Assembly: GCA_038087875.1 (NCBI GenBank)
Contig: JAXLNO010006177.1
Location: 186,001-250,000 of the forward strand
DNA: 64,000 bases
Source: Malacoraja senta
Lineage: Eukaryota
Direction: 5' to 3'
Shown: positions 1-10,497 of the stretch, one piece after another
Layout: every line of letters begins with the position of its first letter
How positions within the stretch are numbered: position 1 is the first letter of the stretch
Made by a program: the position numbers and the translations under genes
The notes under the pieces: generated by a model
Databases searched by the model: none
The model's input: only the letters and a program-made list of their open reading frames with translations
Told to the model about the DNA's origin: nothing

Positions 1-192
1 AGGCTCGATGGGCCGAATGGCCTACTCCTGCACCTATTTTCTATGTTTCTATGTTTCTATCCTGATCAAAATGGTAGTTTAATGAGACAGACTCCCTCGC
101 ATTCCTCAAGCCCAGTAAACAAGTACTTTGGTTCTTCATTAAGGAAGACACAAACAATCTCCCAGAAATACTAGGGGACCGAGGATCTAGCG

Positions 193-524
193 CAGGGGTC
201 GGCAACCTATGTACCACAGGGGCCAGGACCCATGTATTGCGGGCCACATCTATCGCCATAGTTAATAAATTAGTTGTAGCACCCAGGTCACCTGTGAGCC
301 CCATAACTGGCTGCAGTTCCCAGGTCACCTGTGAGCCCCGGGACTGGCTGTAGTTCCCAGGTCACCTGTGAGCCCCGGGACTGGCTGTAGTTCCCAGGTT
401 GCCTGTGAGCCCCGGGACTGGCTGCAGTTCCCAGGACGCGAAAACGAGTTGAAAAAAACCGCCTGCGGACCAGATGATTTTGGTTTACGGAAACAGCCCG
501 TGCGCCGTTGGTTGCCGATCCCTG
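193..524. mobile_element. hAT-type MITE
   Basis: TIRs caggggtcggcaacc (193-207) and ggttgccgatccctg (510-524) match at 14/15. Flanks atctagcg and acctggcg (6/8) fit a decayed 8-bp TSD. The CR1 frame resumes after removal. Confidence 0.75.
282..436. repeat. 37-bp minisatellite, about 4 copies, inside the MITE
   Basis: Unit cccaggtcacctgtgagccccgggactggctgtagtt recurs at 282, 319, 356 and 393. Confidence 0.95.
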
Positions 525-734
525 ACCTGGCGGGAGAGAGGAACTGAAAAATATCCACATGAGGCAGGAAATGATGTTAGGTAAACTGTTGAGACTGAAG
601 GCAGATAAATCCACAGGGCCTGATGGTCTGCATCCCAGAGTACTCAATGAGGTGGCCCTGGAAATTGTGGACGCATTGGTGATCATTTCCAATGTTCTAT
701 AAACTCTGGATCAGTCTCCGTGGACTGGAGGATA

Positions 735-1370
735 GTTGCTTGATGCTTGAATCTCCCCTCCCTCTCCCCACAACCCCCCTCCCCACAACCCCCACCCCCT
801 CCCTACCCCCTCCCTCGCCCCACACACACCCTCCTCTCATTCCTCCTGCTCCCCCTCTCGCTCCCGCACCTTATCCTCTCTCTCCTTCTCCCCCTCCAAC
901 TCTTCTCCTCCGCCTCTCCATCTCCCCTCCATCTTCTCTCCCTCTCCCTCCTCCAACCCTCGGTCCCCCCACCCCCTTGCGCTCCCCACTTCTCCCGCTC
1001 CTGCCCGCCTTCCCCTCCCCTTCCCCATCTCCCCTTCCCACCCCTTCTCTTCCCTACCTCTTCCCTTCCCTCCCTCCTCCCCTCCCCCTGCCTCCATCTC
1101 CCTTGCTATCCATTTACACTCATCCACCTTCTCAGCCTTCCTCCCTCTCGCCCACCCTGTCCCCCTAACTCCCTCCCCAACTCCTTTCCCTCTGACCCTA
1201 CCCCTCCTTTCCTCTCCCTGGCTCCCCCCCTCCCCCTGCCACTCCCTCCCTCCCACTCCCATCCCTCAGGCCCAACCTCTGCCCCTTCCCCTCCCTCCAC
1301 CCCTCCTTCTGACCCACACTCTTCCCTCCTCCCTGTCCCATCGGCTCAGTCCCCATTCCCATTCCCAACA
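735..1370. repeat. Low-complexity polypyrimidine (C/T) tract
   Basis: Almost exclusively C and T; the Pro/Leu/Ser ORFs here are compositional. Confidence 0.9.
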
Positions 1371-1789
1371 GAGGTTCAGCCACATGGGTGACCGTCAGAA
1401 GAGGCAGCGGGTAGTGCAGGACTCTCCGTGGGTCTCCCCCTCTCCGACAAGCACTGCCTTCTGCATACTATTGGGGTGACGGCCACTCGGGGGAATATTG
1501 CAGCAGCAGTCGGGTGAGTGAGACCAATTCTGTCTCTGTTAAACAACAGCGGAGGTGGGGGAGTGTGGGGATAGAGAGTGGGAGTTGTCATGACGATGAG
1601 TTATGATAATGATATGCAAATATCTTGACCTTTGTATCAGCTGACGTGAAGGACAGATCGGTGTGCGCTGTGTAAGCAGGGTGTGGGCAGGAGGCCATGG
1701 CCCGGGGAGATAATACACACAGAGACAAAGCAATGTGACCTGTAAATATTGTGTCAGTATTATTATTCCACATCTTAGGTGAAGATGTG

Positions 1790-1990
1790 ACAGGTGTGTG
1801 GGGATAGAGAGGGGGAGGAGTGAGGGGGAAGAGGGGGGGGGTGTGGGGAGAGAGAATGGGAGAAGTGTGGGAAGAGAGATTGGGAGTAGTGTGGGGAGAG
1901 AGAAGTAGTTTGTAGAGAAATGTTAGGAGCGTCTGGAGAGAGGGGTTGTGTGAGGAAAGAGAGGGAGTGCGGAGAGAGAGGGTGGGAGGG
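1790..1990. repeat. Low-complexity purine-rich (G/A) tract
   Basis: gagagg/gggaga-type runs. Confidence 0.8.
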
Positions 1991-3399
1991 TAGAACATAG
2001 GTGCAGGAGGCCATTCGGCCCTTAGAGCCAGCACCGCCTTTCATTGTGATGGCTGATCATCTACAATCAGTAACCAGTGCCTGCCTTCTCCCCATATCCT
2101 TTGATTCCGCTAGCCCCAAGAGCTCTATCTAACTCTCTTTTAAATGCATCCAGTGAATTGGCCTCTACTGCCTTCAGTGGCAGAGAATTCCACAAATTCA
2201 CAACTCTCTGGGTGAAAAAGTTGTTTCTCATCTCAGTTTTAAATGGTCTCCCATTTATTCTTTGACTGTGGCCCCTGGTTTTGGACTCACCCAACATTGG
2301 GAACATTTTTCCTGCATCTAGCTTGTCCAGTCCTTTTATCATTTTATATGTTTCTATAAGATCCCCTCTCATCTTTCTAAATTTCAGTGAATACAAGCCC
2401 AGTCTTTCCAATCTTTCTTCATATGACAGTCCCGCTATCCCAGGGATTAACCTGGTGAACCGACGCTGCACTACCTCAATAGCAAGGATGTCCTCAACTG
2501 CACACATCACCCCAGGTGTGGTCTCGTTTCACTTCCCTTTTCCCTAATCTGACACTATTGAGATAACAATCTGCCCCCTTGTTCTTGCCGCCAAAGTGAA
2601 TAACCTCACATTTATCTGTATTATATTGCATCTGCCATGCATCCGCCCACTCACGTAACTTATCCAAATCACCATGCAACCTCCTCGCATCCTCTTCACA
2701 GATCACACTGCCACTCAGCTTTGTGTCATCTGCAAATTTGCTAGCGTTACTTTTAATCCCATCATCTAAACCATTAATATATATTGTAAATAGTTGCGGC
2801 CTCAGCACTTGCGGCACTCCACGTGCCATGGCCTGCCATTCTGACAGGGACCCATTTATTCCCACGCTTTGTTTCCTGTCTGCCAACCAATTCTCTATCC
2901 ATGTCAATACCCCTACTACCATGTGCTCTCATTTTGCCCACTAATCTCCTGTGTGGGACTTTATCAAACGCTTTCTGAAAGTCCAGAGACACTACATCCA
3001 CTGGCTCTCCTTCATCCATTTTACTTGTCACATCCTCAAAAAATCCCAGAAGATTAGTCAAGCAGGAATTCCCCATCATAAGTCCATGCTAACTTGGACC
3101 AATTCTTTTACTGCTATCCAAATGCACCGTTATTACTTATTTAATGATTGACCAGCATCTTCCCCACCACCGATGTCAGGCTCACTGGTCTATAATTCCT
3201 CATTTTCTCTCTCGCTCCTTTCTTGATAACATTACCTACCCTCTAATCCACCGGAACTGATCCTGAATCTATAGAACATTTGGAAAATGATCACCAATGC
3301 GTCCACAATTTCCAGAGCCACCTCCTTAAGTACCCTGGGATGCAGACCATCAGGCCCTGGGGATTTATCAGCCTTCACTCCCATCAGTCTACCCAATAT

Positions 3400-3498
3400 G
3401 GGAGGTACACAAAAATGCTGCAGAAACTCAGCGGGTGCAGCAGCATCTATGGAGCGAAGGAGATAGGCAACGTTTCGGGCCAAAACCCTACCAGCTCA
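3400..3498 (-). mobile_element. 99-bp Penelope-type terminal fragment inserted in the CR1
   Basis: Flanked by the 14-bp direct repeat agtctacccaatat (3386-3399 and 3499-3512); matches the repeat that ends the Penelope element at 16320-16415. Confidence 0.7.
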
Positions 3499-4497
3499 AG
3501 TCTACCCAATATTATTTCTCGCCTAATGCAAATTTCTTTCTGTTCCTCTGCCTCCCGAGATCCTCCATCCTCTAGTACACCTGGGAGATTGTGTGTGTCT
3601 TCCTTAGTGAAGACAGAACCAAAGTACCTGTTCAACTCTTCTGCCATTTCCTTGTTCCCCACAATAATTTCACCCGTGTGCCTTCAAGGGACCCACATTT
3701 GACTTTGCTACTCTTTTTCCCTTAACATATCTAAAGAAGCTTTTACTGTCCTTCATTAATTCCTGGCCAGCTTCCCTTCGTACTTCATCTTCTCAGCACG
3801 TATAGCCCGTTTTGATTCCTTCTCTTGCCCTATGAAAGTTTCCCAATCCTCTGGCTTCCCATTACTCTTTGTGTTATACATCTTTTCTGTGTTATACATC
3901 TTTTCTTTTAGTTTTATTCCATCCCTAACTTCCCTTGTGAGCCACGTCTCTTACTCCCCTTAGAATCTTTCTTCCTCTTTGGAATGAAATGATCCTGCAT
4001 CTTTTGGATTATGCCCAGAAATTCCTGCCATTGCTTTTCCACCGTCATTCCTGCTTGGATCACTTTCCAGTCGAGCTTGGCCAGCTCCTCTCTCATGCCT
4101 TCATAGTCCACTGTGTTCAACTGCATCACTGCCACTTCTGATTTAACGTTCTCCTTCTCAAATTGCACATTAAAACTAATCATATTATGATCACTACCTC
4201 CAAGCAGTTCCTTTACCTCGAGTTATCTTATCATATCTGGTTCATTGGACAAAACTAAATCCAGAATTGCCTTTTTTCTGGTCGGCTCCATTACAAGCTG
4301 CTCCAAGAATCCATCTCGGAGACATTCTACAAATTCACTTTCTTGGGGTCCTGAACCAACCTGATTTTCCCAGTCTACCTGCATATTGAAATCCCCCATC
4401 ACCACAGTGGCATTACCTTTGCTACATGCCAGTTTTAACTCCTGCTGCAACTTACACCCTACATCCGGACTACTATTTGGGGGTCTGTAGATAACAC

Positions 4498-5276
4498 GTT
4501 ATCTACACCTCTGCACATCGATGGAGCTGATGTGGAAAGGGTCAACAGCGTGAAGTTCCTAGGACTCCACCTGTCAGATGACCTGACGTCCACGACCAAC
4601 ACCACAGCACTGGTCAAGAGAGCCCAGCAGCGACTACACCCTCTCCGAAGACTACGTAAAGCAGGTCTCCCCACTACACACCTACGAACTTTTTATATGG
4701 GGACAATCGAGAGCACATTAACCTACAGCATCACTTCCTGGTTCGGGAGCTGCAAGCTGTACGAACGGCACCAACTAGACAGGATTGTGAAGACCGCCAG
4801 CAGGATTATTGGTGCTCCACTCCCTTTCCTGCTGGACATATACAGGAAGAGATGTATCAGCAGAGCCATCTCCATCATCAAAGACCCCTACCACCCATCG
4901 CATCACATATTCTCCATCCTGCCATCTGGGAAGAGGTACCGGAGCATTAGGTGGAAAACCAGCAGGATGCTCCTCAGCTTCTTCCCGCAGGTTATAAGAC
5001 TGATAAACGGACTTTGCCCCCTGCCAAAGTATCGTGCACCAACCACCAACCTGGACACACTGCAGCAGAGCCACTGTCGTGCCGCTGCCGATCGGAACGC
5101 CTGTTGATGTTTAGTAGAGTAGAGTGTTAATTTGTTCATGATATATGTATTTTTACTTCTATTTATATTTTACTGCACACTGAAATGGACACTGGTTGAG
5201 GAACGTTTTTTTGTTTCCTCTGGGTATGCGAATACTCAGGAAATGACAATAAAGATATACAATACAATACAATACA
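4498..5276 (+). mobile_element. 5'-truncated Rex1/Babar-like LINE nested in the CR1
   Basis: ORF VKFLGLHLSDDL...AQQRLHPLRRLRK...HPSHHIFSILPSGKRYRSI; (TACAA)n tail; 7-bp TSD ataacac (4491-4497 and 5277-5283). Confidence 0.8.
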
Positions 5277-7689
5277 ATAACACCAATTAACGTATTCTTG
5301 CCTTTACAATTCCTCAACTCAATCCACAGTGACTCTACCTCGTCAGTCCCTATGTCTTCCCTCGCAAGGGACTGAATTCCATCCCTCACCAGCAGAGCTA
5401 CCCTCCCTCCTCTACCCACTTGCCGGTCCTTTCTATAGGATGTATAACCCTGAATATTAAGTTCCCAGGCCCGATCCTCCTGCAGCCACGTCTCAGTAAT
5501 CCCCACAATGTCAAATCTACCAACCTCTAACTGAACCTCAAGCTCATCTACTTTACTTCTTATACTTCGCGCATTCATATACAATACTTGTAATTCCTTA
5601 CGCATCTCACCTTTCACATCGATCCCTGTTACACTTGGCCATACTCTCCTATCCCTTTGTGAGCTTCCTTTCCCGTTAATTCTGGGGTCATTAACCATCC
5701 CTTTACTCTCTTTCCCTTTAAATCCATCCTCGACTATCCCATTTGACACCCCACCCCCCTTATTCAGATAAAAACCACCTGTGTAGCAGTGGCAAACCTG
5801 CCTGCCAGAATGCTGGTCCCCCACCTGTTAAGATGCAATCCGTCCCCTTTGTACAGTTCCCCCTTACCCCAAAACAGATCACAGTGATCTAACAATCTAA
5901 ATCCCTGCCCCCTACACCAGTTCCCCAGCCACACATTCAGGTCCCGTATCTCCCTGTTCCTGCTCTCGCCAGCACGAAGAACTGGAAGCAAACCGGAGAT
6001 AACAACCCTGGAGGTCCTGCTTTTCAGCATTTTTCCGAGCTCTCTAAAGTCACGCTGCAGAATATTCATCCCATTCTTTCGGACATCGTTTGTGCCGACA
6101 TGCACTACCACTTCCAGCTGTTCACCTTCGCCCTTGAGGATTTTCTGCACTCTGTCCGTGACATCCTGGATCCTGGCAACAGGAAGGCAGCACACCATCC
6201 TCGAATCCCGTCTGTTCCTGCAGAAACCCCTGTCCGTACCTCTCACAATGGAGTCTCCAACTACAATGGCGTACAGGTGTCAGAAGGTATGGTGAGAAGC
6301 CAAGAGTTAGGAGTGTGAGATAGATCAGCCATGGTGGAATGGTGGAGTAGACTTGATGGGCCGAATGGCCTCATTCTACTCAAATTCCATATGAACTTAT
6401 GACAGGTGGTTAACAAAGTAACTCCAGTCTTACAATCTCACTGTGTAGGAAGGAACTGCAGATGCTGGTTTAAACCGAAGATAGACACAAAATGCTGGAG
6501 TAACTCAGCGGGACAAGCCCCTTCTTCAGACTGAGAGTGAGTGATGAGGGAGACACAGAGATAAGGGATCGCACTACCTGTGCCCCGTGTTCAAGAGACA
6601 AGAAAGAGGAAGACAGTGCAGATCAGTAGGTGACTCAGGAGCTGGTGCAGGAGGTGGGCGCTTCAGACATAGAGTCATACAGCATGGAAACAGGCCCTCT
6701 GGCCCAACTTGTCCATGCCCATGCACCATACACTCGTACTACCAGCCTGTGTTTGACCCATATCCCTGTAAACCTGTCTTATCCATGTACCTGTACACAT
6801 GAATGTTCAATGTTATCATAGACTTTGTCTTTGGAACGGATGTGTTACAATGCTGGGAGATATATTCTACACTCTGTATCTTGCACTTTGCTCCATCTGT
6901 TGTACTCCAGTTTGATTGTGTTTATTTTCAGTATATCCTTATCTGATTATATAGCATGCAAAACAAAGCTTGACACTACCTCGGTACATGGGCAGAGCAT
7001 TCAATAGGAAAGGTGCATTCATTCTGATGGGATTCTGTAGGTTTCCCAAAAGCCAGCTGAGGAACAGCAGAGGAACTGTGACAAGTCTCAGGTGATGCTT
7101 TGCTATGTCATGAGCTCAGTAAATGATAGAGTCGTTGAGAGTGTTGCACAATAGAGTACAGTTGTACGACAGGAAGGTGACATCAGATATACATGTACTG
7201 AGATGGACAAGGGCTGATTAGGGATAGTCAGCACAGATTTGTACGTGGGAGATCGTGTCTCACCAACCTGATTGAGCTTCTTGAAGATGTGACCAAAAAC
7301 GTTGATGATGACAGAGCTGTCGACGTTGTATATGTGGATTGGAGCAAAGGTATTTAACAAGCATCCACATGGTAGGTAAGGTAAGATTGCACTTACCTTC
7401 CACATGCTCTGGAAGGTAAGATTGCAAGGGATCCAAGGAGAGATAGCTGAATGGATAGAAACTTGGCTTCATGGAAGGAAGCAGAGGGTGATGGTGGAAG
7501 GTTGTTTTTCAGACGGGAGGCCTGTGACTAGTGGTGAGAACGTACAAGGCATGAGCAGCAAATTTGCTGCTGAGACTTATTGATTAGTAGGATTGGATGT
7601 TACAATCCCTAAGGTTTTTCACTACAATTGACATTACTGGGGATGACCACTAGGTGATTTTGCTACCAATCAGACACATCTTCAGTTGT

Positions 7690-8330
7690 GTACCTCAACA
7701 GCACTGGGTGTTCACAAGACATCCTCAGTCGAGGCAGGCCCACCGCAGGGTGATCAGCCCTGGGCGTGTGTCTTATGGTTAGCCTCTAGATGGTCACGTG
7801 GCAGCCCAGACAGCATCTTTTCTCTTCAGCCACAGCCAGTGACTGCTCCATTCGGCTTTTTTCCTTCCATCTTCCTGTCTACTGCTGACTGTGGCTGGTT
7901 GGGCTCTGGACTCGTGTCCGTTGGTGGGACAGTACTTGGTTGAGCTTCACCTGGGGTGCTGATACCCTGTGGACTGTGGTGGTTAACCTGCCACTGGGCT
8001 TCACTCGACTGATTTGACCTACCTCTTAGAAGGTAATGGTCAATGTGAGGCCCCACACCAAGCTCTCCCAGGCACTTTTCACTGCTCTGGTGGATCTTGT
8101 GACCCTTCTCTGATGTTATCTTTTCCCAGCCACAGATGCAGCTTCATAGCTTATGTCCTGCCAGGGCTGCTGCTCTGTCAATTACTGTGCTAGTTGTCTT
8201 ATTCATAGTCGATTCCTTCCGTAGCAATCTAAGGGTGGATCCAAAACGCTGATTAGCGATGGATCTTGCAGGCATGAGGAGCTAGCCCATGCCAGCCCCG
8301 GTGGGGTCTATTCCCTCCGGTCAGCAGTGG
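7690..8330 (-). mobile_element. Possible 5' fragment of a NeSL/HERO-like (restriction-endonuclease) non-LTR element
   Basis: Minus frame reads CICGWEKITSEKGHKIHQSSEKC near 8070-8140, resembling the N-terminal CxCG...GLKIHQ...C zinc finger; otherwise decayed. Confidence 0.4.
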
Positions 8331-8339
8331 GTGGTATTG

Positions 8340-8940
8340 GAGATACTGAAAATGTTGTGAGAAATTGCAGCAAGATCTTGATCGGTTGGGCAGGTGGGCT
8401 GAGGAATGTCTGATGGAGTTTAATACAGAGAAATGTGAGGTGTTGCATTTTGTGAAGTTTAATAAGGGCAGCACCTACACACTGAATGGTTGGGGTGTTG
8501 GAAGTGCTGTGGAGGAGAGGGATCTACGAGTGCAGTTACATAGTTCCTTGCAAGTGGCATGATGGGTAGATATGGTGATTAAAAAGGCATTTGGCACATT
8601 GGCCTCCATCAGAGTATTTTGTAGAAGTTGGGAGGTCATGTTACAGATGTATAAGACGTTGATGAGAACACAGTTAGAGTATTGTGTTGAGTGTTGGTCA
8701 CCGTGTCATAGGAAATATGTTGTCAAGCTGGAAATGGTGCAGATAAGTTTTACCAGGCTGTTGCCAGGACATGAGGGCCTGAGCTATAGAGGGAGATTGG
8801 GCAGGCTAGGACATTATTCCTTGGAGCGCAGGAGGGTGAGGAGTGAACTTATAGAGATGTAGAACATCATGAGAGGAATAGATCGGGTAAATACACAGTC
8901 TATTGCCCAGATTAGGGAAATCAAGAACCAGGGACATGGG
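8340..8940 (+). mobile_element. CR1 ORF2 3' fragment
   Basis: MQQDLDRLGRWAEECLMEFNTEKCEVLHF and LEYCVECWSP motifs; ends at the Gypsy 5' LTR. Confidence 0.85.
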
Positions 8941-9152
8941 TGTAGATGAGATGTGCATGTACCTTTAACATAGTGACCTCACCACTACTAACCACTCCCC
9001 ACATCACCAGTATAATTACAACCTTCCCACCCAGTTCCCTCTCTCTGGTTCCAGTGACAGACCACGGACAGCTAGGGCAGAAACGTATGTGTATAATGTG
9101 TAGTATGAATAAACAGTAGTAAAGAAACAGTGCGTTATGACTCATCTTTACA
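8941..9152 (+). repeat. Gypsy 5' LTR
   Basis: tgtagatg...catctttaca; AATAAA at about 9108; 10 substitutions relative to the 3' LTR. Confidence 0.95.
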
Positions 9153-9161
9153 TGGTGTCAG
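9153..9161 (+). promoter_or_regulatory. Primer-binding site, probably tRNA-Leu type
   Basis: TGGTGTCAG directly after the LTR is complementary to a tRNA ending CUGACACCA; only 9 nt match the Leu-type PBS. Confidence 0.55.
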
Positions 9162-9264
9162 CTCCGTACCTATGCGCCTCCTGTTTATCGGGTTTTCTTT
9201 CTTTTGAACCGTTTTCCTATTTTGTTTTTTTATCTCCCGTGCCACTTCCTGCCGTAAGCCCGAT

Positions 9265-10497
9265 ATGCTCGTCTTCGACTCGGAAATTGTCCATCGGTGG
9301 GGTGTCTTTAGACGTGACTTTCAACACTATGTCACGATCGCCCACCCTGCTGCCACCGCTGCCACTCAGGCTTCCCTGCTTCTCAACCTGGCTGGTCCTG
9401 ATGCCCTGGAACGGGCTGAGTCGTTTGTCTATGCTGTTGGTGAAGATGCTCGGGACCCGGTATGTCTTATGGCTAAGTTTACTGCGATGTGCGACATCCC
9501 CACTAACTGCATCCTAGAGCGTTTTCAAATGCTCACCCGGCGTCAGCTCCCAGGAGAGTCAATCGGTAGCTACATCGCTGCGCTGCGTCACCTGGCCAGG
9601 CATTGCAGCCTGGACACGCTGACGCCCGATCAACTGACCCGGGACATTATAGTGTATGGTCTTCAAGATGAAAAACTAAGGGCTGAACTTCTGCGGAGGC
9701 ACGACCTGTCTTTAGCCGATGCTCTGCACGCCTCCCGCATGTCTGAGGCTGTCGCCTCGGCGGTGTCGTCTGCTGATCATGACATTAACTTTGCCAGTGT
9801 TGCTGGTCGCCGGCGAAACGCTGGCCCGCAACGACAACGGGGGTCCCCCGCATCAGGGGGTAGCAGCCCACAGCGGTGCCCTAACTGCAACTTTACCTCC
9901 CACCAGTCTAATGTGTGCCCTGCACTGGGGAAAACGTGTAATTTTTGCAGGAGACTAAACCATTTCTCTGCAGCCTGTCGCTCCCGTGGGAAGCCAATTC
10001 CTGCTCCTCACCGAATGTTAAACAACCTTGCTCGAGCTGATAGCGCACTTGGTTTACAGTGTGACGAACTACCTTCGTCTGATTCGAGTTCCTCCCAGGG
10101 GGAGACCAGCATTTTTTCGGTGTTGGATGCACCTGCTCTGATAGCGAACCCCTCGGTTCGCGTTACTGTTAATGGCTCCACCTTCACTGCCAAGCTCGAC
10201 ACGGGGGCCGCGACCAATGTTATGTCAATAGGCCTCTTCAAGAAGATAAGGTCTGATGAGAAAATCACTCCCGATCACTCCCTTTTGCATTCCTATGGGG
10301 GAGCCGAGCTCGTTCCAGTGGGGAGGGCTACCCTGCACTGCAAGGTACTTCATGCCGCTCAGCCCCTCACTTTTTACATACTGGATACTAACGACATCAC
10401 CCGTTTGGGTGCCCAGGCGTGCCAGGACCTCGGCTTGGTCTCTTTCCACCGCGATATCCACCAAGTGCGGATCCTTATGGACCCCCTGCACGAATAG
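9265..10497 (+). CDS. Gypsy Gag plus aspartic protease
   Basis: Two CX2CX4HX4C knuckles (CPNCNFTSHQSNVC and CNFCRRLNHFSAAC) and protease LDTGA in one 410-aa ORF. Confidence 0.92.
   Translation: MLVFDSEIVHRWGVFRRDFQHYVTIAHPAATAATQASLLLNLAGPDALERAESFVYAVGEDARDPVCLMAKFTAMCDIPTNCILERFQMLTRRQLPGESIGSYIAALRHLARHCSLDTLTPDQLTRDIIVYGLQDEKLRAELLRRHDLSLADALHASRMSEAVASAVSSADHDINFASVAGRRRNAGPQRQRGSPASGGSSPQRCPNCNFTSHQSNVCPALGKTCNFCRRLNHFSAACRSRGKPIPAPHRMLNNLARADSALGLQCDELPSSDSSSSQGETSIFSVLDAPALIANPSVRVTVNGSTFTAKLDTGAATNVMSIGLFKKIRSDEKITPDHSLLHSYGGAELVPVGRATLHCKVLHAAQPLTFYILDTNDITRLGAQACQDLGLVSFHRDIHQVRILMDPLHE

Larger units (their letters stand above)
105..735 (+). mobile_element. CR1 LINE ORF2 fragment, interrupted by a MITE
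   Basis: Translates as KEDTNNLPEILGDRGSS...KLLRLKADKSTGPDGLHPRVLNEVALEIVDAL, the CR1 inter-domain motif, and resembles the CR1 copy at 3232-3662. Confidence 0.85.
1995..6285 (-). mobile_element. Near full-length degenerate CR1 LINE (SGNH esterase ORF1, APE endonuclease, RT)
   Basis: ORF1 VVVHVGTNDV...DGLHLN at 5764-6246; endonuclease LYMNARSI...ITETWL and MGDFN; RT DFQKAFDKVPH and KFADDTKL; CR1 3' tail near 2000. Multiple frameshifts. Confidence 0.92.

Noticed and set aside
282-436. CRISPR-like array (also considered for 17779-18040 and 27165-27490)
   Set aside because: The units are contiguous tandem repeats with no unique spacers, there are no cas genes, and the context is eukaryotic.
692-1391. 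Pro/Leu/Ser-rich and Gly/Glu/Arg-rich ORFs up to 214 aa
   Set aside because: They arise from the C/T low-complexity tract, which is stop-poor in several frames on both strands; no domain or splice support.
10256-10497. N-terminal 80 aa of the 1012-aa pol ORF as real protein
   Set aside because: It overlaps the protease frame and has no Pol homology; real homology starts near 10500.
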